In this document: one piece after another, positions 32,038 to 39,135 of the stretch
How positions within the stretch are numbered: the stretch's first letter is position 1
Layout: every line of letters starts with the position of its first letter
Origin: a virus
Lineage: Duplodnaviria > Caudoviricetes
Length of the DNA: 39,135 bases
Virus record (IMG/VR): IMGVR_UViG_3300012665_000609
Location: 1-39,135 of that record
Strand: one strand, 5' to 3'
The notes under the pieces: model-generated
Told to the model about the DNA's origin: nothing
The model's input: the letters and a program-made list of their open reading frames with translations, nothing else
Databases searched by the model: none
Position numbers and translations under genes: made by a program

Positions 32038-32557
32038 AGAAGCTGTTGAAAAGAAACTGAAAAAGCTTGGATATAGCGATGCTGTTGTTGCTGCTATGAT
32101 GGGCAACATTGCTGTTGAGACAGCAGACACCTTTGATTATAAGACGAAGCAAGAGGGAGGCCCCGGCTATGGCTTGCTTCAGCTTGACTTCATGAAACCA
32201 CATTATGAAAAGTGGAAGAAGCAGAATAAGGTTAAAGATAGTGCTGATGCTCAGCTCAAGTTTTTTCATGACACTGTTTATGGGAAGAGCCAAAACATCA
32301 TTGGAGCAGGGAATGCTGCTAAGCTGAGGGATGTGTTAGAGACAGAACAAAACCCTGCTGTTGTTGCTGATGTGTTGGCTAAGGGCTGGTTTAAACCAAA
32401 CCCAGAGCGTAATCCAAAGTATGATGAGAGAGCACAGTATGCTTTACAGATGAGTGGCTACCAGCCCCCTGTAGCAGCTCCTGTGCAGCCAGAACCTTCT
32501 TGGTGGGAGAACCCCTTAGCCAGAACAAAGAGTGCTTTAGGGAGTTTGTTTGACTAG
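32030..32557 (+). CDS. Phage tail-lysozyme-like peptidoglycan hydrolase
   Basis: Start re-assigned to ATG 32030 (SD GAGG). GYS..VVAAMMGNIAVET...QEGGPGYGLLQ...AQLKFF...ERAQYA resembles Phage_lysozyme2. Confidence 0.7.
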   Translation: MSKEAVEKKLKKLGYSDAVVAAMMGNIAVETADTFDYKTKQEGGPGYGLLQLDFMKPHYEKWKKQNKVKDSADAQLKFFHDTVYGKSQNIIGAGNAAKLRDVLETEQNPAVVADVLAKGWFKPNPERNPKYDERAQYALQMSGYQPPVAAPVQPEPSWWENPLARTKSALGSLFD

Positions 32558-33797
32558 TCTAGATATTAAGCTCTTGCCGTGGCAGCAAACTGTATGGAAT
32601 GACAAGTGTCGTTTTAAAGTGGTGGCTGCTGGACGAAGGACAGGTAAGAGTCGCTTAGCTGCCTACTTATTGTTGTTCAATGCTTTGCAAGCAGAGAAGG
32701 GCCATGTGTTCTATGTTGCTCCTACACAGGGACAAGCAAGGGACATTATGTGGCAAACCCTGCTTGAGGTGGGCCATGCTGTTATATCAGGAAGCCATGT
32801 TAACAACTTACAGGTTAAGCTTGTTAACGGAGCCACCATTAGTTTGAAGGGTGCTGATAGGCCAGAGACAATGCGAGGAGTTTCCTTGAAGTTTCTGGTA
32901 ATGGATGAATATGCAGATATGAAGCCAGAGGTGTGGGAGCAAATCTTACGTCCTGCTTTGGCTGACCAGAAGGGTCATGCCTTGTTCATTGGAACACCAA
33001 TGGGTAGAAATCATTTCTATGAGCTGTACCAGTATGGCTTGTCTGAGAAAGATGAAACATTTAAGAGCTGGCACTTTACCAGCTATGACAATCCTCTCAT
33101 TGAACCAGATGAGATTGAGAGTGCTAAGAAGAACATGAGCAGCTTTGCCTTTAGGCAGGAGTTCATGGCCTCCTTTGAAGCACAGGGTGGAGAACTCTTC
33201 AAAGAGGAATGGGTTAAGTTTGATGAAGAAGAACCTGATGGCGACTACTTTATTGCCATTGACTTGGCTGGCTTTGCAGATGAAAGCAAAGGAAGCAAGA
33301 GCAAGAAGCTAGATGATAGTGCCATAGCCATTGTTAAGACTAGTGGCTCAGGTTGGTATGTTAAAGATATTGTCTTTGGTCGATGGACAGTAGAAGACAC
33401 AGCAAAGAAGATATTTGCTGCTGTTAAGAAGTATGAGCCAGTTTCAATTGGAATTGAGAAGGGTATTGCTAAGCAAGCAGTGATGCCCTATTTGTCAGAC
33501 ATAATGCGAAGAACACAAACCTTCTTCAGAGTGGAAGAACTAAGTCATGGAAACAAAAAGAAAACAGATCGAATTGTATGGGCATTACAAGGGCGTTTTG
33601 AACACGGTCAAATTGTCCTTAACAAGGGAGAGTGGAACATACAGTTTCTTGACCAACTCTTCCAGTTTCCAAATACTCTTGTGCATGATGACTTGATTGA
33701 TGCCTTAAGTTACATAGAGCAGCTCAGCAAGGAAAGCTATGCAACAGACTATGAAGAAGAAGAATTTGAACCAATGGACGCTTTAAGCGGATACTAA
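32550..33797 (+). CDS. terL: Terminase large subunit
   Basis: Walker A AGRRTGKS, YVAPT, Walker B LVMDEYA, GTP coupling motif, nuclease AIDLAG...HDDLIDAL. TTG start with GGGAG SD. Confidence 0.95.
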   Translation: MTSLDIKLLPWQQTVWNDKCRFKVVAAGRRTGKSRLAAYLLLFNALQAEKGHVFYVAPTQGQARDIMWQTLLEVGHAVISGSHVNNLQVKLVNGATISLKGADRPETMRGVSLKFLVMDEYADMKPEVWEQILRPALADQKGHALFIGTPMGRNHFYELYQYGLSEKDETFKSWHFTSYDNPLIEPDEIESAKKNMSSFAFRQEFMASFEAQGGELFKEEWVKFDEEEPDGDYFIAIDLAGFADESKGSKSKKLDDSAIAIVKTSGSGWYVKDIVFGRWTVEDTAKKIFAAVKKYEPVSIGIEKGIAKQAVMPYLSDIMRRTQTFFRVEELSHGNKKKTDRIVWALQGRFEHGQIVLNKGEWNIQFLDQLFQFPNTLVHDDLIDALSYIEQLSKESYATDYEEEEFEPMDALSGY

Positions 33798-33805
33798 GGA
33801 AATAT

Positions 33806-35776
33806 ATGAGCTTTGATTCTGAAGAAACGTACAAGGGTAGTAGCCTCGCTGGTTGGGTTATTGAGAAGGCTGATAAATGGCGTGACCATTATGTTGGCAA
33901 CCATCAAGAGAAGTTTGATGAATATTACCGCTTGTGGCGTGGTCAGTGGGATGCTGCTGATAAGACACGTGAGAGTGAGCGTAGTAAACTTATTAGCCCT
34001 GCCTTGCAGCAAGCCGTAGAGAGCAGTGTTGCTGAAGTTGAAGAGGCCACCTTTGGTCGTGGTAAGTGGTTTGACATCTATGATGACATGCGTGACGGTG
34101 AACGAGAAGACATTGTTTTTTTGCGTAATGCTCTGGATGAAGAGTTTAAATATACCAAGACACGTAAAGCTGTAGCTGAATGTTTGTTAAACGCTGCCGT
34201 GTTTGGCACAGGCATGGCTGAACTTGTCCTTGATGAAGTGCAAGACTTCACACCAGCTACACAGCCCATCCTTGATGGAGCCATGCAAGCAGTGGGTGTG
34301 ACAATCAAGCCACGTACAGTGGTGAAGGTTCGTCCAATTCTGCCACAAAACTTCCTCATTGACCCTGTAGCTTCTTCCATTGAAGAGGCTTTGGGTGTTG
34401 CCATTGATGAGTTTGTTCCTAAGCATCAAGTGGAAATGCTCATTGAGAAGGGCATCTATCGTGATGTTGACCTGACAGCCGCAGCTCCTGACCAAGACCT
34501 TGAGCCTGACCAAGACTTAGTTATTTACCAAGATGACAAGGTGCGTCTGACTAAGTATTATGGCCTTGTTCCTCGTAAAGAGTTTAACGAAGCTATGGAC
34601 TTGCCTCCTCCAAAAGAAGAGAGCAAGAAAAAGGAAGGCTCTAAAGAACATGAGTTGGATGAAGAAAGTGAATATGTAGAAGCCATTGTTGTTGTGGCTA
34701 ATGGTGGTCAGCTCTTGAAGGTGGAAGAAAACCCCTACATGATGCAAGACCGCCCTCTGATTGCCTTCCCTTGGGATGTAGTTCCCGGACGCTTCTGGGG
34801 TCGTGGTATTTGTGAGAAGGGTTATAACAGCCAGAAGGCTTTGGATGCAGAGCTTCGTGCTCGTATTGATGCCTTGGCATTAACTGTTCACCCAATGATG
34901 GCTATGGATGGTACACGGATGCCTCGTGGCTCTAAGTTTGAGATTCGTCCGGGCAAGACCATCATCACGAATGGTAATCCTACTGAGATTATGATGCCAT
35001 TTAAGTTTGGCAACCTTGACCAAGTGAGTTTTACACAGGCAGAAAGCCTCCAACGCATGGTTCAGATGGCTACAGGAGCCATTGATGCAGCAGGAATTCC
35101 CGGAAGTATCAATGGAGAGGCAGCAGCAGGGGCTGTTAGCATGTCTTTGGGAGCCATTATCAAGCGTCACAAGCGCACATTAATTAACTTCCAAGACTCA
35201 TTCCTCATTCCGCTGGTTAGCAAGGCTGCATGGCGTTATATGCAGTATGATCCAGACAATTTCCCTGCACAAGACTACAAGTTTGTAGCTTCTAGCAGTC
35301 TTGGTGTCATTGCACGTGAGTATGAGGTGACACAATTGGTGCAACTGCTGCAAACCTTGGGACAAGATAGCCCAATGTACCCCATGTTGGTGGAAGCTGT
35401 CATTGAAAATATGAGCTTGTCCAACCGAGAAGGCATGATTACTAAGCTTCGTGAGATTAATCAGCCCAATCCACAGGCACAGCAGGTACAGCAAGCCCAG
35501 ATGGAAGCTCAAATGGCAGCAGCACAGGCTCAGACAGCCCTCTACCAAGCACAGGCTGCTGAAAGTCAGAGCCGAGCACAGAAGTTACAAGCAGAAACAC
35601 AGGCAGTGCCTATTCGTTTGGAGAATGATCGCATCCGTGCCATCTCTTCCAACCTACAGGTAGGCAACCAAGACGATAAAGAGTTTGAACGCAGGGCTAA
35701 GCTTGCAGAACTAGTTTTGAAAGAACGAGAAATTGCAAGCAAAGAAGCAATTGTGTCTAAACAGATGCAACAATAG
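33806..35776 (+). CDS. Portal protein
   Basis: 656 aa directly after TerL. PGRFWGRGI.E motif and a long Gln/Ala-rich C-terminal coiled coil resembling the P22 portal barrel. Confidence 0.85.
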   Translation: MSFDSEETYKGSSLAGWVIEKADKWRDHYVGNHQEKFDEYYRLWRGQWDAADKTRESERSKLISPALQQAVESSVAEVEEATFGRGKWFDIYDDMRDGEREDIVFLRNALDEEFKYTKTRKAVAECLLNAAVFGTGMAELVLDEVQDFTPATQPILDGAMQAVGVTIKPRTVVKVRPILPQNFLIDPVASSIEEALGVAIDEFVPKHQVEMLIEKGIYRDVDLTAAAPDQDLEPDQDLVIYQDDKVRLTKYYGLVPRKEFNEAMDLPPPKEESKKKEGSKEHELDEESEYVEAIVVVANGGQLLKVEENPYMMQDRPLIAFPWDVVPGRFWGRGICEKGYNSQKALDAELRARIDALALTVHPMMAMDGTRMPRGSKFEIRPGKTIITNGNPTEIMMPFKFGNLDQVSFTQAESLQRMVQMATGAIDAAGIPGSINGEAAAGAVSMSLGAIIKRHKRTLINFQDSFLIPLVSKAAWRYMQYDPDNFPAQDYKFVASSSLGVIAREYEVTQLVQLLQTLGQDSPMYPMLVEAVIENMSLSNREGMITKLREINQPNPQAQQVQQAQMEAQMAAAQAQTALYQAQAAESQSRAQKLQAETQAVPIRLENDRIRAISSNLQVGNQDDKEFERRAKLAELVLKEREIASKEAIVSKQMQQ

Positions 35777-35777
35777 C

Positions 35778-35806
35778 TTGACAAAGTAAAACTTTTGTGG
35801 TATAAT
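35778..35806 (+). promoter_or_regulatory. Consensus sigma70 promoter for the head operon
   Basis: TTGACA - 17 nt - TATAAT, with extended TGn. Confidence 0.85.
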
Positions 35807-35834
35807 AAACACATCAGCATCCATTACAGGAGAA

Positions 35835-36083
35835 ATGCTCATGGATAAAGAGTTACAAGAATATTATGAATCTCTTCTAGACTTGTTTGTACACGAGGGC
35901 TGGAGCAAATATCAGGAAGACCTTAAGCGTAGCTTAGACAACCTTTCTGACATTCGCAATACCTCAGATGCTAACATGTTCTGGTTTAGAAAAGGGCAAG
36001 TGGAAGTTTTAGAAACACTTCTTGGTTATCGTAATGCTATCGAAGCATCATATGCGGAGCTTACAGATGATCAGAGTATTTGA
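35835..36083 (+). CDS. Small conserved protein downstream of the portal
   Basis: SD AGGAG. LF..EGW...FRKGQ..VL pattern typical of post-portal genes. Confidence 0.65.
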   Translation: MLMDKELQEYYESLLDLFVHEGWSKYQEDLKRSLDNLSDIRNTSDANMFWFRKGQVEVLETLLGYRNAIEASYAELTDDQSI

Positions 36084-36300
36084 TTTCCTTTGTTCAAACG
36101 GTCATATGCAAGAACGGTTTATTTCTGTGGAAGCAGAAACAGTAGATTGTAATGTGTGTGGCAACAAAGCCTTTCGTCAGTTAAGCACTCCCCAAGTTAA
36201 GCTTGAAGGAGTGACAGGAAGTTTCCCCGGGGCTGCAATGAAGTGGGATAGGAAACATCGAGAACAATTGGCGAAAGAGCAAAAGCGGAATGCCTCATAA
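36067..36300 (+). CDS. FmdB-like zinc-ribbon protein
   Basis: Start re-assigned to ATG 36067 (SD GGAG). FDFLCSNGH..E.F...CNVCG..A.RQLSTP. Confidence 0.7.
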   Translation: MIRVFDFLCSNGHMQERFISVEAETVDCNVCGNKAFRQLSTPQVKLEGVTGSFPGAAMKWDRKHREQLAKEQKRNAS

Positions 36301-36351
36301 GAGGGAACATTCTTAAATTTCTTCCATAATGCTATTAAGCACGGAGACTAT

Positions 36352-37116
36352 ATGGCAACATTTATTGATGACAGCGTACAAGACACAGAAGAGGACATCT
36401 CTGTAGTAGAGCAAGCTCAAGAGGAACCCCAACAGGAAAGCCCTCAAGAACAAGTCCCAGAACGATACAAAGGTAAAAGCGCAACTGATTTGATTCGTAT
36501 GCACCAAGAGGCTGAGAAGCTGATGGGGCGACATTCACAAGAAGTTGGAGAGCTTCGGCGTATTGTAGATGATTTTGTAAAAGCACAAGTCGTTACCAAA
36601 GAAGCCCCACAGGACGAAGAGGTAGATTTCTTCTCTGATCCTCAGAAGGCTGTTGAACAGGCTGTTTCACGACACCCTAAGATTAAAGAAGCAGAAGCTT
36701 TGAATGCACAGATGTTAAAGGCTCAGGCCTTGAACAACTTGAAAGCTGCTCACCCTGACTATGCGGATATTATTAATGACGATGGTTTTAAGGAATGGGT
36801 TGCTAAGAGTAAGGTGCGAAGCGAACTTCTTTCACGTGCAGACCAGCGGTATGACTTTGACGCAGCAGACGATCTTTTGACTACATGGAAAGAACGTCAG
36901 CAGATGTTGAGTAACACTGTTGAAATGCAAAAGGCTGATCGTAAACAACAACTTAAACAGGCATCAACTGGTTCTGTTAAAGGAACTGGCGAGACACAGA
37001 GCAAGAAGATTTATCGTCGTGCTGACATTGTAGACCTCATGCGTAAAGACCCTGATCGCTATATGTCTTTGCAGCCAGAAATCATGGCAGCATATGCAGA
37101 AGGCAGGGTTCGTTAA
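36352..37116 (+). CDS. Capsid scaffolding protein
   Basis: Acidic N-terminus, PERYKGKS, coiled coil, C-terminal AYAEGRVR. Directly upstream of the capsid gene. Confidence 0.8.
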   Translation: MATFIDDSVQDTEEDISVVEQAQEEPQQESPQEQVPERYKGKSATDLIRMHQEAEKLMGRHSQEVGELRRIVDDFVKAQVVTKEAPQDEEVDFFSDPQKAVEQAVSRHPKIKEAEALNAQMLKAQALNNLKAAHPDYADIINDDGFKEWVAKSKVRSELLSRADQRYDFDAADDLLTTWKERQQMLSNTVEMQKADRKQQLKQASTGSVKGTGETQSKKIYRRADIVDLMRKDPDRYMSLQPEIMAAYAEGRVR

Positions 37117-37139
37117 TAACCTTATGAAAGATATTTAAA

Positions 37140-38087
37140 ATGGCAACAAGTACATACCCAGCAATGGGCGGGGCCGCTGGCCTCACAGAAGCTTCTAGTT
37201 TTCTTCCCGACCTGTGGAGCGACGAGATTATCGCTGCTTACAAGAAGAACCTCGTCCTTGCACAATTTGTGCGTAAGATGAGCTTTAAGGGTAAAAAGGG
37301 CGATGCTCTGATTATCCCTAATCCCTCACGTGGTTTGGCTGCTCAGACTAAAGGCGAGAACACAGCAGTGCAAATGCAGAACTTGTCACAAAGTTCCATC
37401 ACTGTCAACCTGAACCTGCACAAAGAAGTGTCTTACTTGATTGAAGACATTGTTGAAGTGCAAGCTCTTCCCTCTTTGCGTAAGCACTACACTGATGACG
37501 CTGGCTATGCTATGGCAAAGCAAGTTGATGACGACCTGTGGGCTTTGATTAAGAGCTTGGGCAACGGTGACGGTAGCAGCTATGTTCACAACCGTGCTTT
37601 CCAGTTCAATAGTTCCACTGGTGTTTTGGAAGCTTATGACGCTGACGGTACTGGCGACATCGGTGCATTCTCTGACGTTGGTTTCCGTCGTTCCATCCAG
37701 TATTTGGATGACGCTGACCAGCCAATGGACGGTCGTGTGCTGATTATTCCTCCTTCAACTCGTAACACTTTGAATGGTATCAACCGCTACACCGAACAAG
37801 CCTTCGTTGGTGAAGCTGGTAGTGCCAATACCATCCGTAACGGTGAGGTTGGTAACCTGTATGGTATCCCTGTTATTGTGTCTAGCAACTGCCCCACCTT
37901 GGAAACAGGTGTGAAGGGTGCTTTGCTGGCTCACAAAGACTGGGCTGTTCATATTGAGCAAATGTCTGTTCGTTCACAACAGCAGTATAAACAAGAGTTC
38001 TTGGCTACTCTGTTTACTTCTGACATGTTGTATGGCACTAAAGTGCTGCGTTCAGATGCTGGTGTTGTGATGGCTGTCGCAGCCTAA
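37140..38087 (+). CDS. Major capsid protein (HK97 fold)
   Basis: FLPDLWSDEI, GDALIIP, AGYAMAKQVD, GEVGNLYGIPVIVS and DMLYG..VLR motifs. Followed by terminators. Confidence 0.88.
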   Translation: MATSTYPAMGGAAGLTEASSFLPDLWSDEIIAAYKKNLVLAQFVRKMSFKGKKGDALIIPNPSRGLAAQTKGENTAVQMQNLSQSSITVNLNLHKEVSYLIEDIVEVQALPSLRKHYTDDAGYAMAKQVDDDLWALIKSLGNGDGSSYVHNRAFQFNSSTGVLEAYDADGTGDIGAFSDVGFRRSIQYLDDADQPMDGRVLIIPPSTRNTLNGINRYTEQAFVGEAGSANTIRNGEVGNLYGIPVIVSSNCPTLETGVKGALLAHKDWAVHIEQMSVRSQQQYKQEFLATLFTSDMLYGTKVLRSDAGVVMAVAA

Positions 38088-38096
38088 TAAACTAAC

Positions 38097-38127
38097 AGGA
38101 AGCCCTCACAAGGGGCTTCCTTGTTTT
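38097..38127 (+). terminator. Rho-independent terminator after the capsid gene
   Basis: AGGAAGCCC/GGGCTTCCT stem followed by TGTTTT. Confidence 0.75.
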
Positions 38128-38132
38128 GAAAG

Positions 38133-38166
38133 AGGCTTTGTTTGTTATGTGCAAACAAAGCTTTTT
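38133..38166 (+). terminator. Second tandem terminator-like hairpin
   Basis: GCTTTGTTTG/CAAACAAAGC stem followed by T5. Confidence 0.5.
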
Positions 38167-38184
38167 CCATAACAAGGAGAGTAC

Positions 38185-39123
38185 ATGGGAATATTTCGTG
38201 GTGTTGGAGGCACAGGAGAATCCTCTAGCGACTCAACAATTAATACTACTACAGCTTTAGCCTTACAAGCTGAGGCTTCCGCTGCTGCTGCTCTGGCTTC
38301 TGAGAATGCCGCTGAGACAGCAGAAACTAATGCAGCTTCTTCTGCCTCTGCTGCTTCTACTTCTGCTTCTAATGCTTCTACTAGTGCAACTAATGCAGCT
38401 TCTTCTGCATCTAGTGCATCTTCTAGTGCTTCTAGTGCTTCTAGTTCAGCAAGCACAGCAAGCACACAAGCTACCAATGCAGCCTCTAGTGCTTCTGCTG
38501 CGGCTACTAGTGCAACCAATGCTGCTTCTTCTGCCTCTAGTGCTTCTACATCAGCAAGCACAGCTACAACACAGGCAGGAATCGCTACAACTAAAGCTTC
38601 AGAGGCTAGCACCTCTGCTACTAATGCTGCCTCTTCTGCTAGTGCAGCTTCTACCAGTGCAACCAATGCTGCCTCTAGTGCTTCTACGGCAAGCACAGCA
38701 GCCTCTACAGCCACCACTAAAGCTTCTGAAGCCTCTACATCTGCAAGCAATGCAGCAACCAGTGCAACCAATGCTGCTGCTTCTGCAACACTAGCTGCTA
38801 GTTATACACCTTCACAGACAGGCAATGCTGGTAAGTTTCTAACTACCAACGGTGCAGCAACCTCATGGGGCACTGTAGATGCTTTGCCTAGCCAAAGTGG
38901 GAACAGTGGTAAATATTTAACTACCAATGGCACGGCTGCTTCATGGGCTACATTAAATGTAGACCCCAATGTAACCACTAAAGGTTTGTATGAGATGGCT
39001 AATACTATCAGTGCTAACTATTCCATAACTGCTGGAAACAATGCTGTAAGCACAGGCCCTCTTTCTATTAATTCTGGCATCACAGTTACTATTCCAACTG
39101 GTAGTGTCTGGGTTGTTCTCTAA
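38185..39123 (+). CDS. Tail fibre proximal protein with Ala/Ser/Thr repeat shaft
   Basis: Long SAT(N)AASSAS repeats (Stf-like), two PSQxGNxGKxLTTNGxAxSW repeats, C-terminal GITVTIPTGSVWVVL. SD AAGGAG. Confidence 0.75.
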   Translation: MGIFRGVGGTGESSSDSTINTTTALALQAEASAAAALASENAAETAETNAASSASAASTSASNASTSATNAASSASSASSSASSASSSASTASTQATNAASSASAAATSATNAASSASSASTSASTATTQAGIATTKASEASTSATNAASSASAASTSATNAASSASTASTAASTATTKASEASTSASNAATSATNAAASATLAASYTPSQTGNAGKFLTTNGAATSWGTVDALPSQSGNSGKYLTTNGTAASWATLNVDPNVTTKGLYEMANTISANYSITAGNNAVSTGPLSINSGITVTIPTGSVWVVL

Positions 39124-39135
39124 GGAAAAATCATG

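Noticed and set aside
34204-34219. Second sigma54-like site (TGGCACAGGCATGGCT)
   Set aside because: Inside the portal CDS, mismatched at -12 (TGGC instead of TTGC), and no enhancer boxes seen nearby.
38145-38794. Long alternative ORFs (38145-38771 minus, 38306-38794 plus)
   Set aside because: Shadows of the low-complexity GCT/TCT/ACT repeat in the tail-fibre gene.
39081-39135. 55-bp terminal repeat as a biological direct terminal repeat
   Set aside because: The length equals a common assembler k-mer and it cuts through tail-fibre genes. It is best explained as circular-contig overlap.

Overview
This window looks like a complete, circularly assembled ~39.08 kb genome of a lytic, podovirus-like tailed dsDNA phage (Caudoviricetes). 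Bases 1-55 equal 39081-39135, most likely an assembly overlap. Two arms diverge from a ~970 bp non-coding control region (30696-31662) and converge on a bidirectional terminator (~16400). The + arm (31663 to the end, then 1-16378) carries TerS, a stand-alone tail-lysozyme-like gene, TerL, portal, scaffold, capsid, several tail-fibre modules, a lysis cassette with nested Rz/Rz1 spanins (implying a Gram-negative host), four small basic proteins, tail adaptor/nozzle and ejection proteins. The - arm (30695 down to 16426) carries small early genes, a T7-like primase-helicase, family A DNA polymerase, SSB, 5'-3' exonuclease, HNH, ThyX, a metallophosphoesterase and a class II RNR. I see no RNA polymerase, integrase, recognisable repressor, tRNA or CRISPR array. 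The most notable signals are: (1) a sigma54 -24/-12 promoter with three phased NtrC-type enhancer boxes heading the early arm, which suggests coupling to host nitrogen status; (2) eight copies of a GTAACT-N4-AGTTAC palindrome; (3) an apparently split ejection protein whose only two cysteines flank the split; (4) strong CCWGG avoidance; (5) a probable AUU-start lysis-region gene, an EF-hand membrane protein and an Sm/Hfq-like early protein. All family assignments come from motif recognition by eye; no searches were run.
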